Shown here: piece by piece, positions 17,835 to 27,997 of the stretch
Layout: every line of letters begins with the position of its first letter
Position numbering within the stretch: position 1 is the stretch's first letter
DNA from: a virus
Lineage: Duplodnaviria; Heunggongvirae; Uroviricota; Caudoviricetes
Virus record (IMG/VR): IMGVR_UViG_3300028653_000011
Reading direction: 5' to 3' (one strand)
Length of the DNA stretch: 64,000 nt
The notes under the pieces: model-generated
The model's input: the letters and a program-made list of their open reading frames with translations, nothing else
Told to the model about the DNA's origin: nothing
Database searches by the model: none
Translations under genes and position numbers: made by a program

Positions 17835-18526
17835 TCCTCAAACGGGTGATCGACGTACCACCATGCCGCATGGGTTGAGAAGTAAACGCTGTTGCCGGTG
17901 GCCAGCGCGTCGTAGGGCGTCGTCTTCCAACACAGGTGAGGGGCAAAAGTATCATTGACGTAGACGGTACTAGCTTCTAGCACCGGGGCGTAGGCCTCAT
18001 AGGTCAAGCCACAGGTGCCGCTGATCGTGGCCCAATTGTCACGTAGCCATGGCAGTGAATTATGAGTGTAGTTCCAGTCGCGGTGTGGAGCGACGCCGGT
18101 GACGTTGAAGAATTGGCGCAGTACGTTGGTCTCCCGTTGAATGACATCGAGGGGATTGAGGTCATTGATCGCCGCGAACTCAACACAGCTGGTGTGTAGA
18201 CCCACCTCAAAGCCGTCGCGTTGGGCATGCAGCAGGTGAGGCAGCACATGGTAGCTCAATGGGTTATACTCGTTGGCCGTCACCCGGACGTAGATCGTCG
18301 ACCGAGCGCCGGCGGCACGTTCAGCATCGAGGATGGGCCACAATGTCTTGGGCTTGAAGTCGAGATCATGGCGGAGTATCAACACCTGTTTGGTGGGACA
18401 CCCGGCACTTAGGAATTCTTGCACCGTCATGAAGGTATAGCCTTCGTACAAGGCGAGATCGAGGATCTCTCGATAGCGATTGATGGTGCGGTCAAACGGA
18501 GTGTTGGGTGTTGACAGACGGCCCAT
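17831..18526 (-). CDS. Polysaccharide deacetylase-like
   Basis: 'ILRHDLD', 'EVGLH', 'APHR', 'STHAAWW'. Confidence 0.75.
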   Translation of the reverse strand: MGRLSTPNTPFDRTINRYREILDLALYEGYTFMTVQEFLSAGCPTKQVLILRHDLDFKPKTLWPILDAERAAGARSTIYVRVTANEYNPLSYHVLPHLLHAQRDGFEVGLHTSCVEFAAINDLNPLDVIQRETNVLRQFFNVTGVAPHRDWNYTHNSLPWLRDNWATISGTCGLTYEAYAPVLEASTVYVNDTFAPHLCWKTTPYDALATGNSVYFSTHAAWWYVDHPFEE

Positions 18527-18564
18527 TGCGTAATCTTACCCCTTCGACGCAGCGATGACACACC

Positions 18565-19293
18565 TCATGCCAGGCTCCTCATGTGCTGCTCGTACTTCGC
18601 CGTCGCCTCGCCGAACGCCACCTGAAACTCGGCGTCGCCATAGTTGAACCTGCGGTGCTGTGCAAAATCGGGTGCCGCCTTGGCCCCCAACAACGCGAAG
18701 GCCCTAGTGCGGTCGTGGTACCGCTGGTGGGCCTGCTTCACCTTGGCGATGGTGTCGTGCTGGCCCTTCAATGCCCGGTGCAGGCCGAAGTGAAAGGCCT
18801 GCTTGTCAGTCGCGTGGTAGCAGTGGAGGCCTGCCGGCGACAGCGATGCGGGGAGCTCGGCACCGCGTAGCAGCACGTCGTGGCCCGTGTCGACTTGGCG
18901 ATCGCAGTACAACTCGTCACGAGTGTCATTGAAGGTAACGCGGGGACTGAAGGCATTGAGGCCGTTGATGAGGCCGTCGGTCATGTAGTCGTGGAGCGGC
19001 GCCTGCAGGCCGGTGACGCGGGGGTTGGTGGCGAACAGCGCGTAGATGTTGGCCAGCGTGTGATTGGAGATGAGGACAGTGTCGGCATCGACCTTAACGA
19101 AGAGGTCGTGGTTGTCACGCGCTTCGCGCCAACCGTGCCACAGCGCGTTGTGGGCCTCCTTCTCGGCCATGTCGGCGCGGATCAGGTGGGTGACGACGAC
19201 GCCTTCCTGTTCCTGAATGCGAGCGACGCAGGCCTGAAAATCGCCCTCCTTGACGTACATGGTGCCGACGAAGATGCGGGGGAGCTGCATCAT
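18565..19293 (-). CDS. GT-A glycosyltransferase-like
   Basis: Start MMQLPRIFVG at 19293; 'LFVKVDADTVL' DxD motif. Confidence 0.7.
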   Translation of the reverse strand: MMQLPRIFVGTMYVKEGDFQACVARIQEQEGVVVTHLIRADMAEKEAHNALWHGWREARDNHDLFVKVDADTVLISNHTLANIYALFATNPRVTGLQAPLHDYMTDGLINGLNAFSPRVTFNDTRDELYCDRQVDTGHDVLLRGAELPASLSPAGLHCYHATDKQAFHFGLHRALKGQHDTIAKVKQAHQRYHDRTRAFALLGAKAAPDFAQHRRFNYGDAEFQVAFGEATAKYEQHMRSLA

Positions 19294-19814
19294 CTCGCGC
19301 GCCAATCGCTGTTGAGCATATACATCAACACGTGGTCGTGGTACTGCCCGTCGCGGTAGAGGCCCTGCGTCAGGCGGCCCTCTTCCTTGAAGCCCAGGCC
19401 CTGGTAGATGTGACGGGCGATGGTGTTGAATTCGGCCGTCGACAGGCCCACCCGGTGCAATTGCAGCTCGTCGAAGCACTTATCGAGCATCCGCGTCCAC
19501 ATGAATTTGGCATAGCCGCTACCTCGGCGAGAGGTGTGGATGTCGCCGCCCAACACGCAACAGCGGTTGTCGGTGTCAACGTCGTAGAACTTGGCGAGGC
19601 CCACCTTGGTGCCACCTACCTCGAAGATCATTCGCAATTGCGATGAATTGTTGCGGATTCCCTCCCACCAAAGGTAGTGTTGTGCCGCGGTGATGGGCCG
19701 CGGGTGGGTGACGTTGCGCAGGACCGCAGGATCATTGTGTAGCTCGATGAGCCATTCATGGTCACCGTCGACGATCGGGCGGAGCTGCATGTAATCAGGA
19801 ACTTGAACCTTCAT
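19290..19814 (-). CDS. GNAT N-acetyltransferase (PseH/RimJ-like)
   Basis: 'RRGSGYA', 'LQLHRVGL', 'FNTIARHIYQGLGFKEEGRL'; adjacent to the aminotransferase. Confidence 0.9.
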   Translation of the reverse strand: MKVQVPDYMQLRPIVDGDHEWLIELHNDPAVLRNVTHPRPITAAQHYLWWEGIRNNSSQLRMIFEVGGTKVGLAKFYDVDTDNRCCVLGGDIHTSRRGSGYAKFMWTRMLDKCFDELQLHRVGLSTAEFNTIARHIYQGLGFKEEGRLTQGLYRDGQYHDHVLMYMLNSDWRAR

Positions 19815-21025
19815 GTCGTCAGCTCCTTGACACGTTGGGCGATGTGACGAACATCGTCGCCGTCGAGCCACCAACCAACAGGCAGTGACAACTGGCGCGC
19901 GCTAAACTGGCGAACGCCTGGTAGCTCGGCCTTAAACGGCGCGAAGCAGGTGTAGGTGTCATTGGGTACGTGGACGACACCGGCGTGAATGCCCTCGGCA
20001 TTGAGGGCAGCCAACAGCTCATCACGTGACAATTTAGCCTCGGGAGCGACCAACACCGTGTAGACCCAAGCGCTGGTTATTGCACCGTCGTATTTTAGTG
20101 TGGGCCTGACGAGTGTGAAGTCGCTGAACAGGCTGTCGTACAGTCCCGCGTTGGCCCGGTGTGCGGCGACGAGGCGATCGATGTGAGGTAGCTGTGACAA
20201 ACCAATCGCGGCGGCGACGTTGTTCATGTTGAACTTGTATCCCGCCTCGACGATGTCGGCATCCCACTGTTGACCCCTCCAATTACCATTCTCATCCTTG
20301 GTCACGTCGCGGTCAAGACCGAACCACTTCATCGCTTTGGCGCGGCAAAAGTCAGTATTTGCATGTAAACGTGCATGATCCTCACTCCAACTACAAACTA
20401 GCGCGCCGCCGTCGCCTGTGGTGAAGTGCTTGATGGCTTGAAAGCTATAACAGGTGAAATCAGCCCAGGCCCATATGGGCATGTCGTGGTATTTGGCATC
20501 AAAAGCATGGGCGGCATCAAGAATGAGTTTAATTGACTGATCCGGCGGATCACTTGGAATACGATAATACAACTCACTGAGGTTAGGCGGCGAACCACCC
20601 CAGGCGACGGCCATGATGGCCTTCGTCTTACTGGTGATTTTCTGCTTGACGGAACACGGGTCGATCATACCGGTGTTGGGATCAATGTCTGCCCAAACGA
20701 TGTTGGCACCCAGGTTGATGATGGGGGTGTTGGTCGCCACACATGTCATCGGGGTGCTGATCACCTCGTCGCCTGGGCCCACTCCCGCCAACTTTAAGGC
20801 CATGGTGAGGGCGCTGGTGCAGCTGTTTGTTACACACAATCTCCCAAGAGTTTTTCTTGGGGAGTTGTTAATAACCAAATCCGTGTCCCATCGTCTTGAC
20901 AGGGCCTGCGTCAACTGCGTCACCTGCGCACCCTCATTGATGTAGCCCGACGCGAAGACCGTCGCAATCTCGGCCAGCGCGCTAGCGGCGGGTACGTGCA
21001 CTTTGAACAGCGGGTAATCCTTCAC
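19811..21025 (-). CDS. DegT/DnrJ/StrS PLP-dependent sugar aminotransferase
   Basis: 'NSCTSAL', 'GDEVI', 'DAAHA', 'SFQAIKHFTTGDGG', 'GYKFNM'. Confidence 0.95.
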   Translation of the reverse strand: MKDYPLFKVHVPAASALAEIATVFASGYINEGAQVTQLTQALSRRWDTDLVINNSPRKTLGRLCVTNSCTSALTMALKLAGVGPGDEVISTPMTCVATNTPIINLGANIVWADIDPNTGMIDPCSVKQKITSKTKAIMAVAWGGSPPNLSELYYRIPSDPPDQSIKLILDAAHAFDAKYHDMPIWAWADFTCYSFQAIKHFTTGDGGALVCSWSEDHARLHANTDFCRAKAMKWFGLDRDVTKDENGNWRGQQWDADIVEAGYKFNMNNVAAAIGLSQLPHIDRLVAAHRANAGLYDSLFSDFTLVRPTLKYDGAITSAWVYTVLVAPEAKLSRDELLAALNAEGIHAGVVHVPNDTYTCFAPFKAELPGVRQFSARQLSLPVGWWLDGDDVRHIAQRVKELTT

Positions 21026-22047
21026 GTGCCCCTCTTGGTCATGATCTCCTCGACGTTGGGACCCTTGAAGCTGTCGAGCGGCATGCTGAAGATGCCCAGC
21101 TCGTCGAGCTTGGCCTCGAGCTGTGCCTTTGTCAGTACCGCGTCGTTGCTACTGTAGGTGAAGCGAGTGCCGCCGGCAGGCACGTGGGCGGGTCCAATGA
21201 CGTAGTGTGTCTGGCGGATGGGTCGCGTCCTGACCGACTCCGATTCGTTGACCAAGTCCTCGTGCAGCTTCTCGCCCGGGCGCAGGCCGATGACCTTGAT
21301 GGGCTTGTTGTAGCGGGAGGCAAAGAGGTCGGCGAGGTCGCCGATCCGCATTGCGGGGAGCCGTGGGATCCACGTGTCGCCGCTCTTACCCATGGCTAGC
21401 GCCGCCTCAATGAGGTCCACGCTCTGGTCTAGCGTCATCAGGTACCGCGTCATGTCGGGGTCGGTGATCGTCAACGCGGGGGCGTGTTCGGCCTGGTACT
21501 TGAACAGCGGGATGATGCTACCCCGCGACTCCAACACGTTGCCGTAGCGGGTGCACATGAACGCGGGCCCAGGCGACTGTGCGGCCTGACTGGTGATCAA
21601 GCGTTCCGACGTCGCCTTGCACATGCCGTAGACGTTGACGGGTGAACAGGCCTTGTCGGTGCTGACGAACAGCACGTTTTCGATGTTGGGTCGGATCAGG
21701 TTGTGGTCGCGGACGGCGCGGACAACGTGCTGCGTGCCCGTCAAGTTGGTGGCGACGCTCTCGTTCGGGCTCAACTCACAGGTGTCGACTTGCTTGAGTG
21801 CAGCGGCAATGATGATGGTGGTGGGCTCGACCTGATCGATGACCTCGCGGACACGAGCGGCATCGCGGATGTCACCGACCAAGAACCGCGGTTGGTTGAT
21901 GTTGGTGCAACCGTGAAATTCGTTGCGCAAAGCCCAGTGCTTCGCTTCGTCACGAGAATAGACGTAGACAAAGCGCTCAGGCGACCACCGCTCAATCAAC
22001 TTACGACCCAGCGATCCCGTGCCGCCGAAGATCAGGATCCTTGACAT
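21022..22047 (-). CDS. UDP-GlcNAc 4,6-dehydratase (PseB/CapD-like)
   Basis: 'GGTGSLG', 'SRDEAK', 'GDIRD', 'AAALKQV', 'STDKA', 'YGMCKA', 'RYGNVLESRGS', 'MTRY', 'RPGEKLHE'. Confidence 0.93.
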   Translation of the reverse strand: MSRILIFGGTGSLGRKLIERWSPERFVYVYSRDEAKHWALRNEFHGCTNINQPRFLVGDIRDAARVREVIDQVEPTTIIIAAALKQVDTCELSPNESVATNLTGTQHVVRAVRDHNLIRPNIENVLFVSTDKACSPVNVYGMCKATSERLITSQAAQSPGPAFMCTRYGNVLESRGSIIPLFKYQAEHAPALTITDPDMTRYLMTLDQSVDLIEAALAMGKSGDTWIPRLPAMRIGDLADLFASRYNKPIKVIGLRPGEKLHEDLVNESESVRTRPIRQTHYVIGPAHVPAGGTRFTYSSNDAVLTKAQLEAKLDELGIFSMPLDSFKGPNVEEIMTKRGT

Positions 22048-22056
22048 GGCGGAATC

Positions 22057-22878
22057 CTACTTCACTCGATTGACAGTGTACTCGCTGCGTGGCGTGATGG
22101 ATGCATAGCGCGTCGATTGGTAACCCAACCGCTTCAACTCATCGGGTGACGACCATGAGCCCGTCGGAGTGCCCGAGCCGTACGGATTGAGGGGACAGTT
22201 GAAGATGCCCCCGTCGAGCAGGGCGATGTACGGGTACGGGTGCTGGTCGTGGTACAGGCGCTGAAAGTCGAGCTCGGTGAACTGTGGACGCTTGCGTAGC
22301 TCGGCGAAGGCCTCCAACATTGCCGGGTAGCGGTTGAGGGCGGGCAACTGCGTTAGGAAATTGGTGCGCCAGAAGCTGGCATCGAGGTGATCGTGGACGA
22401 CGCCGCGTCCCGTCACCTTGTTGGTGTGGGATTGCCACAGCGCCGACCGCGAGTCAGGCCGCGGGTGATCCTTGTCGTACAGGTGCATGTTGGCGACGGA
22501 ATACTCGTGCAACCGCACTGCACCCAGGTCCGGGTGGTGGTCGAGCAGTGCGACGGCATCGTGCACTCGCGGGAAAGCATAGTGTACCATGTCGCTCTCG
22601 ATGATGTAGGTGTAGTCGGGTGGAGTACCCTGCAATTGGTCGAGCCACCAGTCGATCGCGCTCCAATAACCCACGTTGCGGTTGGAGTAGAACACGTGGT
22701 CAAAGTTGGCGCGGAGCAGTTCACTGACACCCGGCACCGTCGACGCATTGTCAAAGACGGCTAGCCGTTCGCGTAGTTCAGGTGCCTGTTCCTGTAGGTT
22801 AGCGACGACCTGTCTAAGGATGTCAGCGCGGGCAGGTTCAAGGCAACACGTCACCAATAGGCATGCGACGGTGCCCAT
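22057..22878 (-). CDS. GT-A glycosyltransferase-like
   Basis: 'VFDNAST', 'NRNVGY', 'YTYIIESD'. Confidence 0.7.
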   Translation of the reverse strand: MGTVACLLVTCCLEPARADILRQVVANLQEQAPELRERLAVFDNASTVPGVSELLRANFDHVFYSNRNVGYWSAIDWWLDQLQGTPPDYTYIIESDMVHYAFPRVHDAVALLDHHPDLGAVRLHEYSVANMHLYDKDHPRPDSRSALWQSHTNKVTGRGVVHDHLDASFWRTNFLTQLPALNRYPAMLEAFAELRKRPQFTELDFQRLYHDQHPYPYIALLDGGIFNCPLNPYGSGTPTGSWSSPDELKRLGYQSTRYASITPRSEYTVNRVK

Positions 22879-23792
22879 TACAGGCTCGCCAGCAGGTCGC
22901 GGTAGGGTTTAAAACCTTCTGGCAATTTCCATGTTTCAACGTTGGGGATGGCAGGGGTGGCCAACGACACGTCAGCGTTGATGGCCGATGCAGGCAATAC
23001 CTGCTCGGCGATGCCGACCGGTGTGCTGACGACAGGAGTGCCCGTCAGGCCACATTCAATCAGTGCTTGAGGCCCACCTTCTTGCCGCGCAGTGACGGCA
23101 TAGAGGTCGAGTGTCTGGTAGAGTTCATTGATGGTGGCCTGTGGCGGCCGCTCGAAGTAGGTGTAGGGCACTCCCGCGTGTTCAAGGCGGTTGATGACGT
23201 ACTGGCGCCGCCAACCCGCCAAGACGACGTGGAGGGGCAACCGGGTGGTGTTGAGCCGGTGCTCGACGAAGTCAGCAAACCTGTCCGGACCTTTTTCCCA
23301 CTTGGGTGTCTTGAGGTCGTGGCCTTCGGTATCACGCTGAAAATTGCCTACCAAGTACCCCGCCTCGGGCAACCCGTGTTTTTTCCTGAGGTCAATGGAG
23401 GGCTTGGCAAGGGGCCTGACCTCGCCGGTGCGGTGCCAAGTGTGCTGATTGGCCCAATAGGGCAATTGGTAGATGGGCTTTCCTGTAAACGGGCGGATGA
23501 AGCCATTCGTTCTCAAGTTGTAGACGTGGTAGGCATCGACGAAACGATCGCGGGCACGGAAAGCGGCCTCATCGAACTTCTCGGGCACGAAGTGGTGGCA
23601 GGTGACCAGTACCTTGCGTGACGACAGCAGGTGGAGCGGCACCTGATCCGAGCACCAGTCGGCCAACAACCAGACAATTGACGCATCGGTGGGATTGTCA
23701 ACGCTGATGTCAGCGTTGTCGGCGTACCACTCCTTGACGAACTGGTCAACACACCAGTCTTCCCGCGGCGCAAGTACGAAAACCTTTGACAT
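22878..23792 (-). CDS. GT-B glycosyltransferase (GT4-like)
   Basis: 'EKGPD', 'ELYQTLDLYAVTARQEGGPQALIECGLTGTPVVSTPVG'. Confidence 0.9.
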   Translation of the reverse strand: MSKVFVLAPREDWCVDQFVKEWYADNADISVDNPTDASIVWLLADWCSDQVPLHLLSSRKVLVTCHHFVPEKFDEAAFRARDRFVDAYHVYNLRTNGFIRPFTGKPIYQLPYWANQHTWHRTGEVRPLAKPSIDLRKKHGLPEAGYLVGNFQRDTEGHDLKTPKWEKGPDRFADFVEHRLNTTRLPLHVVLAGWRRQYVINRLEHAGVPYTYFERPPQATINELYQTLDLYAVTARQEGGPQALIECGLTGTPVVSTPVGIAEQVLPASAINADVSLATPAIPNVETWKLPEGFKPYRDLLASL

Positions 23793-23800
23793 GTGATCGA

Positions 23801-24805
23801 CTATACTCCGTCCTTAAAAGAAGTGAGCGCTTTGCGCCACACGTTGGATACCACTCGATATTGATCAGCGTGATCAGTGAATGTTGGGTGCCACGGTTGA
23901 CGTCTTGCCAAATCCACGTCGCGCAGGTGCACTAGTGCCAGCTCTTCATCAACCGGTGCATCACCCATCTTCCTGCCGTTGACGTAGATGGTGTGGCTAC
24001 CCTTGGCCCAATCGAGTGGTACCTTGCTGATCAACGTCTTGTCGTACTGTGGCGCTCTCCACGCCTTAAGGCGGTGACGTAACACGTCACAGGTATTCTC
24101 CAACACAGGTTCACTGTCAACTTGGTGCACTACACCCCAACCCTTGGCTCGCACGTAGTCACGCTCCGACGCCAAGAACATGTCGCAGTATTGACGTAGG
24201 TTGTCACCCGTCTCGGGCACTAAATACTCATCGGCGTCGGCAAACACCACGACACGGTGGCCTCGCAGGTAGATGCGTTGAAAGCACTTGACGACGTTAG
24301 TGCACCATGCCCAATCGGCGACCCTCTCGCTCGGCACCGACACTACGTTGATGCGCGGAAAGTTGGCTTTTGCACGTAGCACGCTGTCGTCATCGGTGCC
24401 ATTGTCAAGGACATAGAGGTTGTCGTACCCAAACGCGGTGCCGTAGTACGAGCACCATAGCTCGAGAAAGAAGGGTTCGTTCCTGACGATGGTGAAGGCG
24501 GCAAAGTCACGCTTGCCCGTGTGGCCCAAGTTGACCATGTTGGCCGCTTGCTCCAGTGCAGCGTCAGGAAAGACAACCGCACTATCACGGGCCACCACGT
24601 CGGCCTCATATGTCTCCTTCAACCATGGATAGGCCTGCGCATGGCCATTGCTGACGGCATCCTCGACCAGAGCCAATACAATGCGTTGCTGTGCAGGTGC
24701 CAACGTGGCCCAAGCGTTAGCATTGGGCCCCTTGACGCTGTCGGCAAACTTGGTGCGGATGCTCTGCGCGAAGGCAAACGCCGCACGTTCGAGTTTTGCC
24801 GACAT
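23801..24805 (-). CDS. GT-A glycosyltransferase (GT2 variant) with N-terminal extension
   Basis: 'TIVRNEPFFLELWCSYY', 'LDNGTDD', 'FADADEYLVP', 'WAKGSH'. Confidence 0.8.
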   Translation of the reverse strand: MSAKLERAAFAFAQSIRTKFADSVKGPNANAWATLAPAQQRIVLALVEDAVSNGHAQAYPWLKETYEADVVARDSAVVFPDAALEQAANMVNLGHTGKRDFAAFTIVRNEPFFLELWCSYYGTAFGYDNLYVLDNGTDDDSVLRAKANFPRINVVSVPSERVADWAWCTNVVKCFQRIYLRGHRVVVFADADEYLVPETGDNLRQYCDMFLASERDYVRAKGWGVVHQVDSEPVLENTCDVLRHRLKAWRAPQYDKTLISKVPLDWAKGSHTIYVNGRKMGDAPVDEELALVHLRDVDLARRQPWHPTFTDHADQYRVVSNVWRKALTSFKDGV

Positions 24806-24818
24806 CGACCGCTTGGTA

Positions 24819-25319
24819 TCAGTTGCTCGGGTGAGCGGCCTTGTTGAGCGTCGCCGCCGACTGCACCAGCTCTGCATAACCCGGGATGGGCTCACCGGCG
24901 GCAAGGCCACCGTGTGCAGCGGTAGCGCCCGTCTTGAACTCGTTGACAATCGCCAGCACGTTGCCGACAGCGTCGCTCAACGTCGAGATCAACATTCCCC
25001 AGTTGGGAGCCGGCCCGGTCGCATTCTGAAAGGCGACGACGGCGTCATTGAGGGTGGCGAGGCCGTCAGTGACAGCGACCAACGACTTCTGAAACTTCGC
25101 ATTGGCGGCGGCCTGGCTCGCCGCGGGCAGCGAGGGCAGGATGAAGTTCCATGCCGACGTAGCGGCGGCCACGGCGATCTGTGCCGACTGCTCGACGGTC
25201 TGCGCGACCTGCACCGGGGTGACAGTGCCAGTGCAACCGACGAGGGCCGCGCCGACAGCGACAGGTGAGAGGACGACGGCTGCGGCGATGAGAATGCGGG
25301 GGAGAATTCTTGAGTTCAT
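24819..25319 (-). CDS. Ala-rich putative lipoprotein
   Basis: Signal peptide ending LVG-C; amphipathic helices. Confidence 0.7.
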   Translation of the reverse strand: MNSRILPRILIAAAVVLSPVAVGAALVGCTGTVTPVQVAQTVEQSAQIAVAAATSAWNFILPSLPAASQAAANAKFQKSLVAVTDGLATLNDAVVAFQNATGPAPNWGMLISTLSDAVGNVLAIVNEFKTGATAAHGGLAAGEPIPGYAELVQSAATLNKAAHPSN

Positions 25320-25359
25320 GGGTTCATCCTAAGTCACGTGGTGGAGATGTATACCTAGG

Positions 25360-26301
25360 CTACGCGCCACACACTTGTTCGAACAACTTGACATACTTCA
25401 AGGCGACGTGGCCGATGTCAATGTCAGCGATAGACGACGCGTCGAGCGACTGGCGGGGAGGCAGGTCCGCGACCTGGGTGACGTCGATGGGCGGCGGCGT
25501 GTTGTAGTCATAGAGCTCGAAGTCGAAGGGTGCGTCCTTGAGGACGTGGCCGTAGCCACCGACGAGTTCCTTGGTGCCACCCACCTCGCTGCAGGCGACG
25601 GGGGTGCCCTGTGACAGTGCCTCGATCACCGTATTGGGACAGTGATCGCCCCACGCCAGGTGCAACAACCAGTCGGCGGCCGAGTACACCTGCAGGTAGG
25701 TCGCCTCATCGACGGATCCCGCATAGAAGACGTGGGGGCCCGTCGCCCGGTGATCGGGGTTGCTGCCCAACACGATGAGGCAGCTATTCGGGTGAAAGGT
25801 GCGCAGGTGGTCGAACAGGGCGACGTTGGCCGCCAATCGCTTCTGGCCGTGCCAGTTGGCGCTGCAGGCGTAGATGCGGTCGTAGGCACCACGCATGTCG
25901 AGCAACTTCGGAATGGTGATCTCGTTGACGGGCACCGGTGAGGTGCCGTTGTGGATGACGCGGCCCAAGACGTGGCCGGGCAGGCCGAAGTGCTTCAGCA
26001 CCATCGTCATGTCGAAGGTCGATTGCCAGACAACGGCGTCGGCACGCTGGTACAACAACCGCATGCTGGTGTTCTTGGTGGCAAAGTCCTGCGGCCGCGA
26101 CCAGATGCCGTCGAGGCGCTGCACCACCCTACGGGCCAGCGGTGCACCCGTGGGCTCGATGAAGACCAGCGACACGTCGGCACCCGTGCCCGTGTCGGCG
26201 ACGGTGTGACCCTGCTCGAACAGGGCACGGGCCAACCGGGCACCGAAGGTGTTGGGCCCCGATGACGATGAGAAGATGACGTTGTCGAAGTGTACGATCA
26301 C
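25360..26301 (-). CDS. GT-B glycosyltransferase (GT4-like)
   Basis: 'SGPNTF', 'QRLDG', 'KRL', 'DHCPNTVIEALSQGTPVACSEVGGTKELV'. Confidence 0.9.
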   Translation of the reverse strand: MIVHFDNVIFSSSSGPNTFGARLARALFEQGHTVADTGTGADVSLVFIEPTGAPLARRVVQRLDGIWSRPQDFATKNTSMRLLYQRADAVVWQSTFDMTMVLKHFGLPGHVLGRVIHNGTSPVPVNEITIPKLLDMRGAYDRIYACSANWHGQKRLAANVALFDHLRTFHPNSCLIVLGSNPDHRATGPHVFYAGSVDEATYLQVYSAADWLLHLAWGDHCPNTVIEALSQGTPVACSEVGGTKELVGGYGHVLKDAPFDFELYDYNTPPPIDVTQVADLPPRQSLDASSIADIDIGHVALKYVKLFEQVCGA

Positions 26302-26678
26302 GACCGGCGCTTGACCTCGGCGATGAGGGGCACCGCGAAGTCGGTGCCAGACAACATCACCGCCATCAACGTCAGCTCCTCGGTGGGCAGGTGCCCGAGC
26401 TCGGCGCGCATGGTGAAGATGTCAGGGTCGAGCTCCTGGTTACCGTTGATCAGGATGCCGTCATAGTACGTCTGGCTCAACCAGTTGGCGGCCTCGTTCG
26501 ACAGGGGTAGTTCCGCGTCCCTGATGACGTCGGTCATCGCCTCGAAGATGGTGGTGTAGATGTCGGTGCAGGTGACCAAGTTGAGGCTCTTCTCGTCGGT
26601 GATCAGCGGCTGCAACTTGGCGCTCAACAGGCGCGAGATGGCCTGGTGGAATTCCTGGGGCTTCAACCTTGATGTCAT
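26298..26678 (-). CDS. Hypothetical protein, paralog of 26675-27064
   Basis: ATGA overlap; shares S.EA.NWL...Y motif with its neighbour. Confidence 0.75.
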   Translation of the reverse strand: MTSRLKPQEFHQAISRLLSAKLQPLITDEKSLNLVTCTDIYTTIFEAMTDVIRDAELPLSNEAANWLSQTYYDGILINGNQELDPDIFTMRAELGHLPTEELTLMAVMLSGTDFAVPLIAEVKRRS

Positions 26679-27064
26679 GCGATCGTCCTCCTTGCGTATT
26701 CCTGCTCCAGTTTAGCACCCATCTTGGTGCCGTTGAACAGGTTGTGGAGCAGCTCAATGTCACTGTACGACATGTCGGAGAGCTTGTACTCATTGTGGAT
26801 GATCAGCTCCGCCACTGATGAGGTGCCCTCGCTCGTCGCCACGTTGACGGCCTTGAAGTACTCGTCGGCGAGCCAATTCATCGCTTCGAGCGACGGTGCG
26901 CGTGAGCTCTTCGAGAAGATGCCGACGATGGTGGTGCGGATGGCGTCGCGCAGTTCACGTAGCAAGTTGGGTGTCAGCAACTGACCACTCGTGACGAACT
27001 TCTGCACCACGTGAGTGAGGTGCTGTTCGAGCAGCTTGCTAAACCTGATGTGACCGCTGGGCAT
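26675..27064 (-). CDS. Hypothetical protein, paralog of 26298-26678
   Basis: TAAGAT 7 nt upstream; 'SLEAMNWLADEYF'. Confidence 0.75.
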   Translation of the reverse strand: MPSGHIRFSKLLEQHLTHVVQKFVTSGQLLTPNLLRELRDAIRTTIVGIFSKSSRAPSLEAMNWLADEYFKAVNVATSEGTSSVAELIIHNEYKLSDMSYSDIELLHNLFNGTKMGAKLEQEYARRTIA

Positions 27065-27079
27065 GCGGTCAATCTTATA

Positions 27080-27997
27080 TCAGGCCTGCAGTACGTGTTC
27101 AAGGTACGTCACGTATTGCTGCACGCACGGGAGCCAGCCCGTAGGCGTCATCGCCGTGTTGGGAGCCAGCGGCCCGTTGAGGATCGCCTTCAGCTCGTCC
27201 CAGTTCTTGTAACTGTGGTCGGCACCCGCAAATTCGACGCAACCTCCGCCGTCCTTGTGGACGTAGGTGGGCAGGCCGCACGATAGGCTCTCTAGCACAT
27301 GGTTGGGCCCAGGATCGAAACGACTTGCCGACACGTAAACGTCGTGCTTGCCCAACTCGGCACCCAAGTCCTTGCCGAAGGTGGGCCTGATGACGTTGGT
27401 GTGCCTGAAGTCACACTCATGACGACCGATGTAGGTGAAGGCAAACTTGTCGGGCTGCTCGCCCACCAGCCTGTCGAGCTTCTGGTAGATGTCGGCACCC
27501 TTCATTTCGTGTGATGACCAGTGGTGCGCGACGATGTTGAGCTTGCCGTTGTTGAGCTTGGGCTGCGGGGCGAAGATGTCGGCGGCACAGCCGTTGACGA
27601 TGACCGCCTGTTCCTTGCAGGCCCACCCCTTGGCATTGAAGTAGTCCTGCAACCAGTGCGATACGAAGACGGTGGCCGACACGTGGGGGGCCACCTTGAG
27701 GAGCAGCGCGTCCATGTGGCGGGTGCCCTTGCGGGCGTCGTTCTCGTTGACGCGGAGCACGATCTTCATGTTGGGGGCCTGGTACAGCTGGTGCATCACC
27801 GCCTGATCGACGGAGATGCCGGTGCCGTCGTTGTCGAGGCCCGCCAGCAGGCAGACATCGGGGGAGAAGTTCAGCGCCTCGTCGGTGAGCAGCTCGACGT
27901 TGGGCAGGGTGGGCGCGCGCTTGTGGAATGCGGCGACCCACAAATTACCCCCACCCCACGGGCCTGAACGCGGTTGACGATTGACGTATAGCTTCAT
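27080..27997 (-). CDS. GT-B glycosyltransferase (GT4-like)
   Basis: 'GPWGGGN', 'HHWS...KG', 'DVYVSASRFDPGPNHVLESLSCGLP'. Confidence 0.9.
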   Translation of the reverse strand: MKLYVNRQPRSGPWGGGNLWVAAFHKRAPTLPNVELLTDEALNFSPDVCLLAGLDNDGTGISVDQAVMHQLYQAPNMKIVLRVNENDARKGTRHMDALLLKVAPHVSATVFVSHWLQDYFNAKGWACKEQAVIVNGCAADIFAPQPKLNNGKLNIVAHHWSSHEMKGADIYQKLDRLVGEQPDKFAFTYIGRHECDFRHTNVIRPTFGKDLGAELGKHDVYVSASRFDPGPNHVLESLSCGLPTYVHKDGGGCVEFAGADHSYKNWDELKAILNGPLAPNTAMTPTGWLPCVQQYVTYLEHVLQA

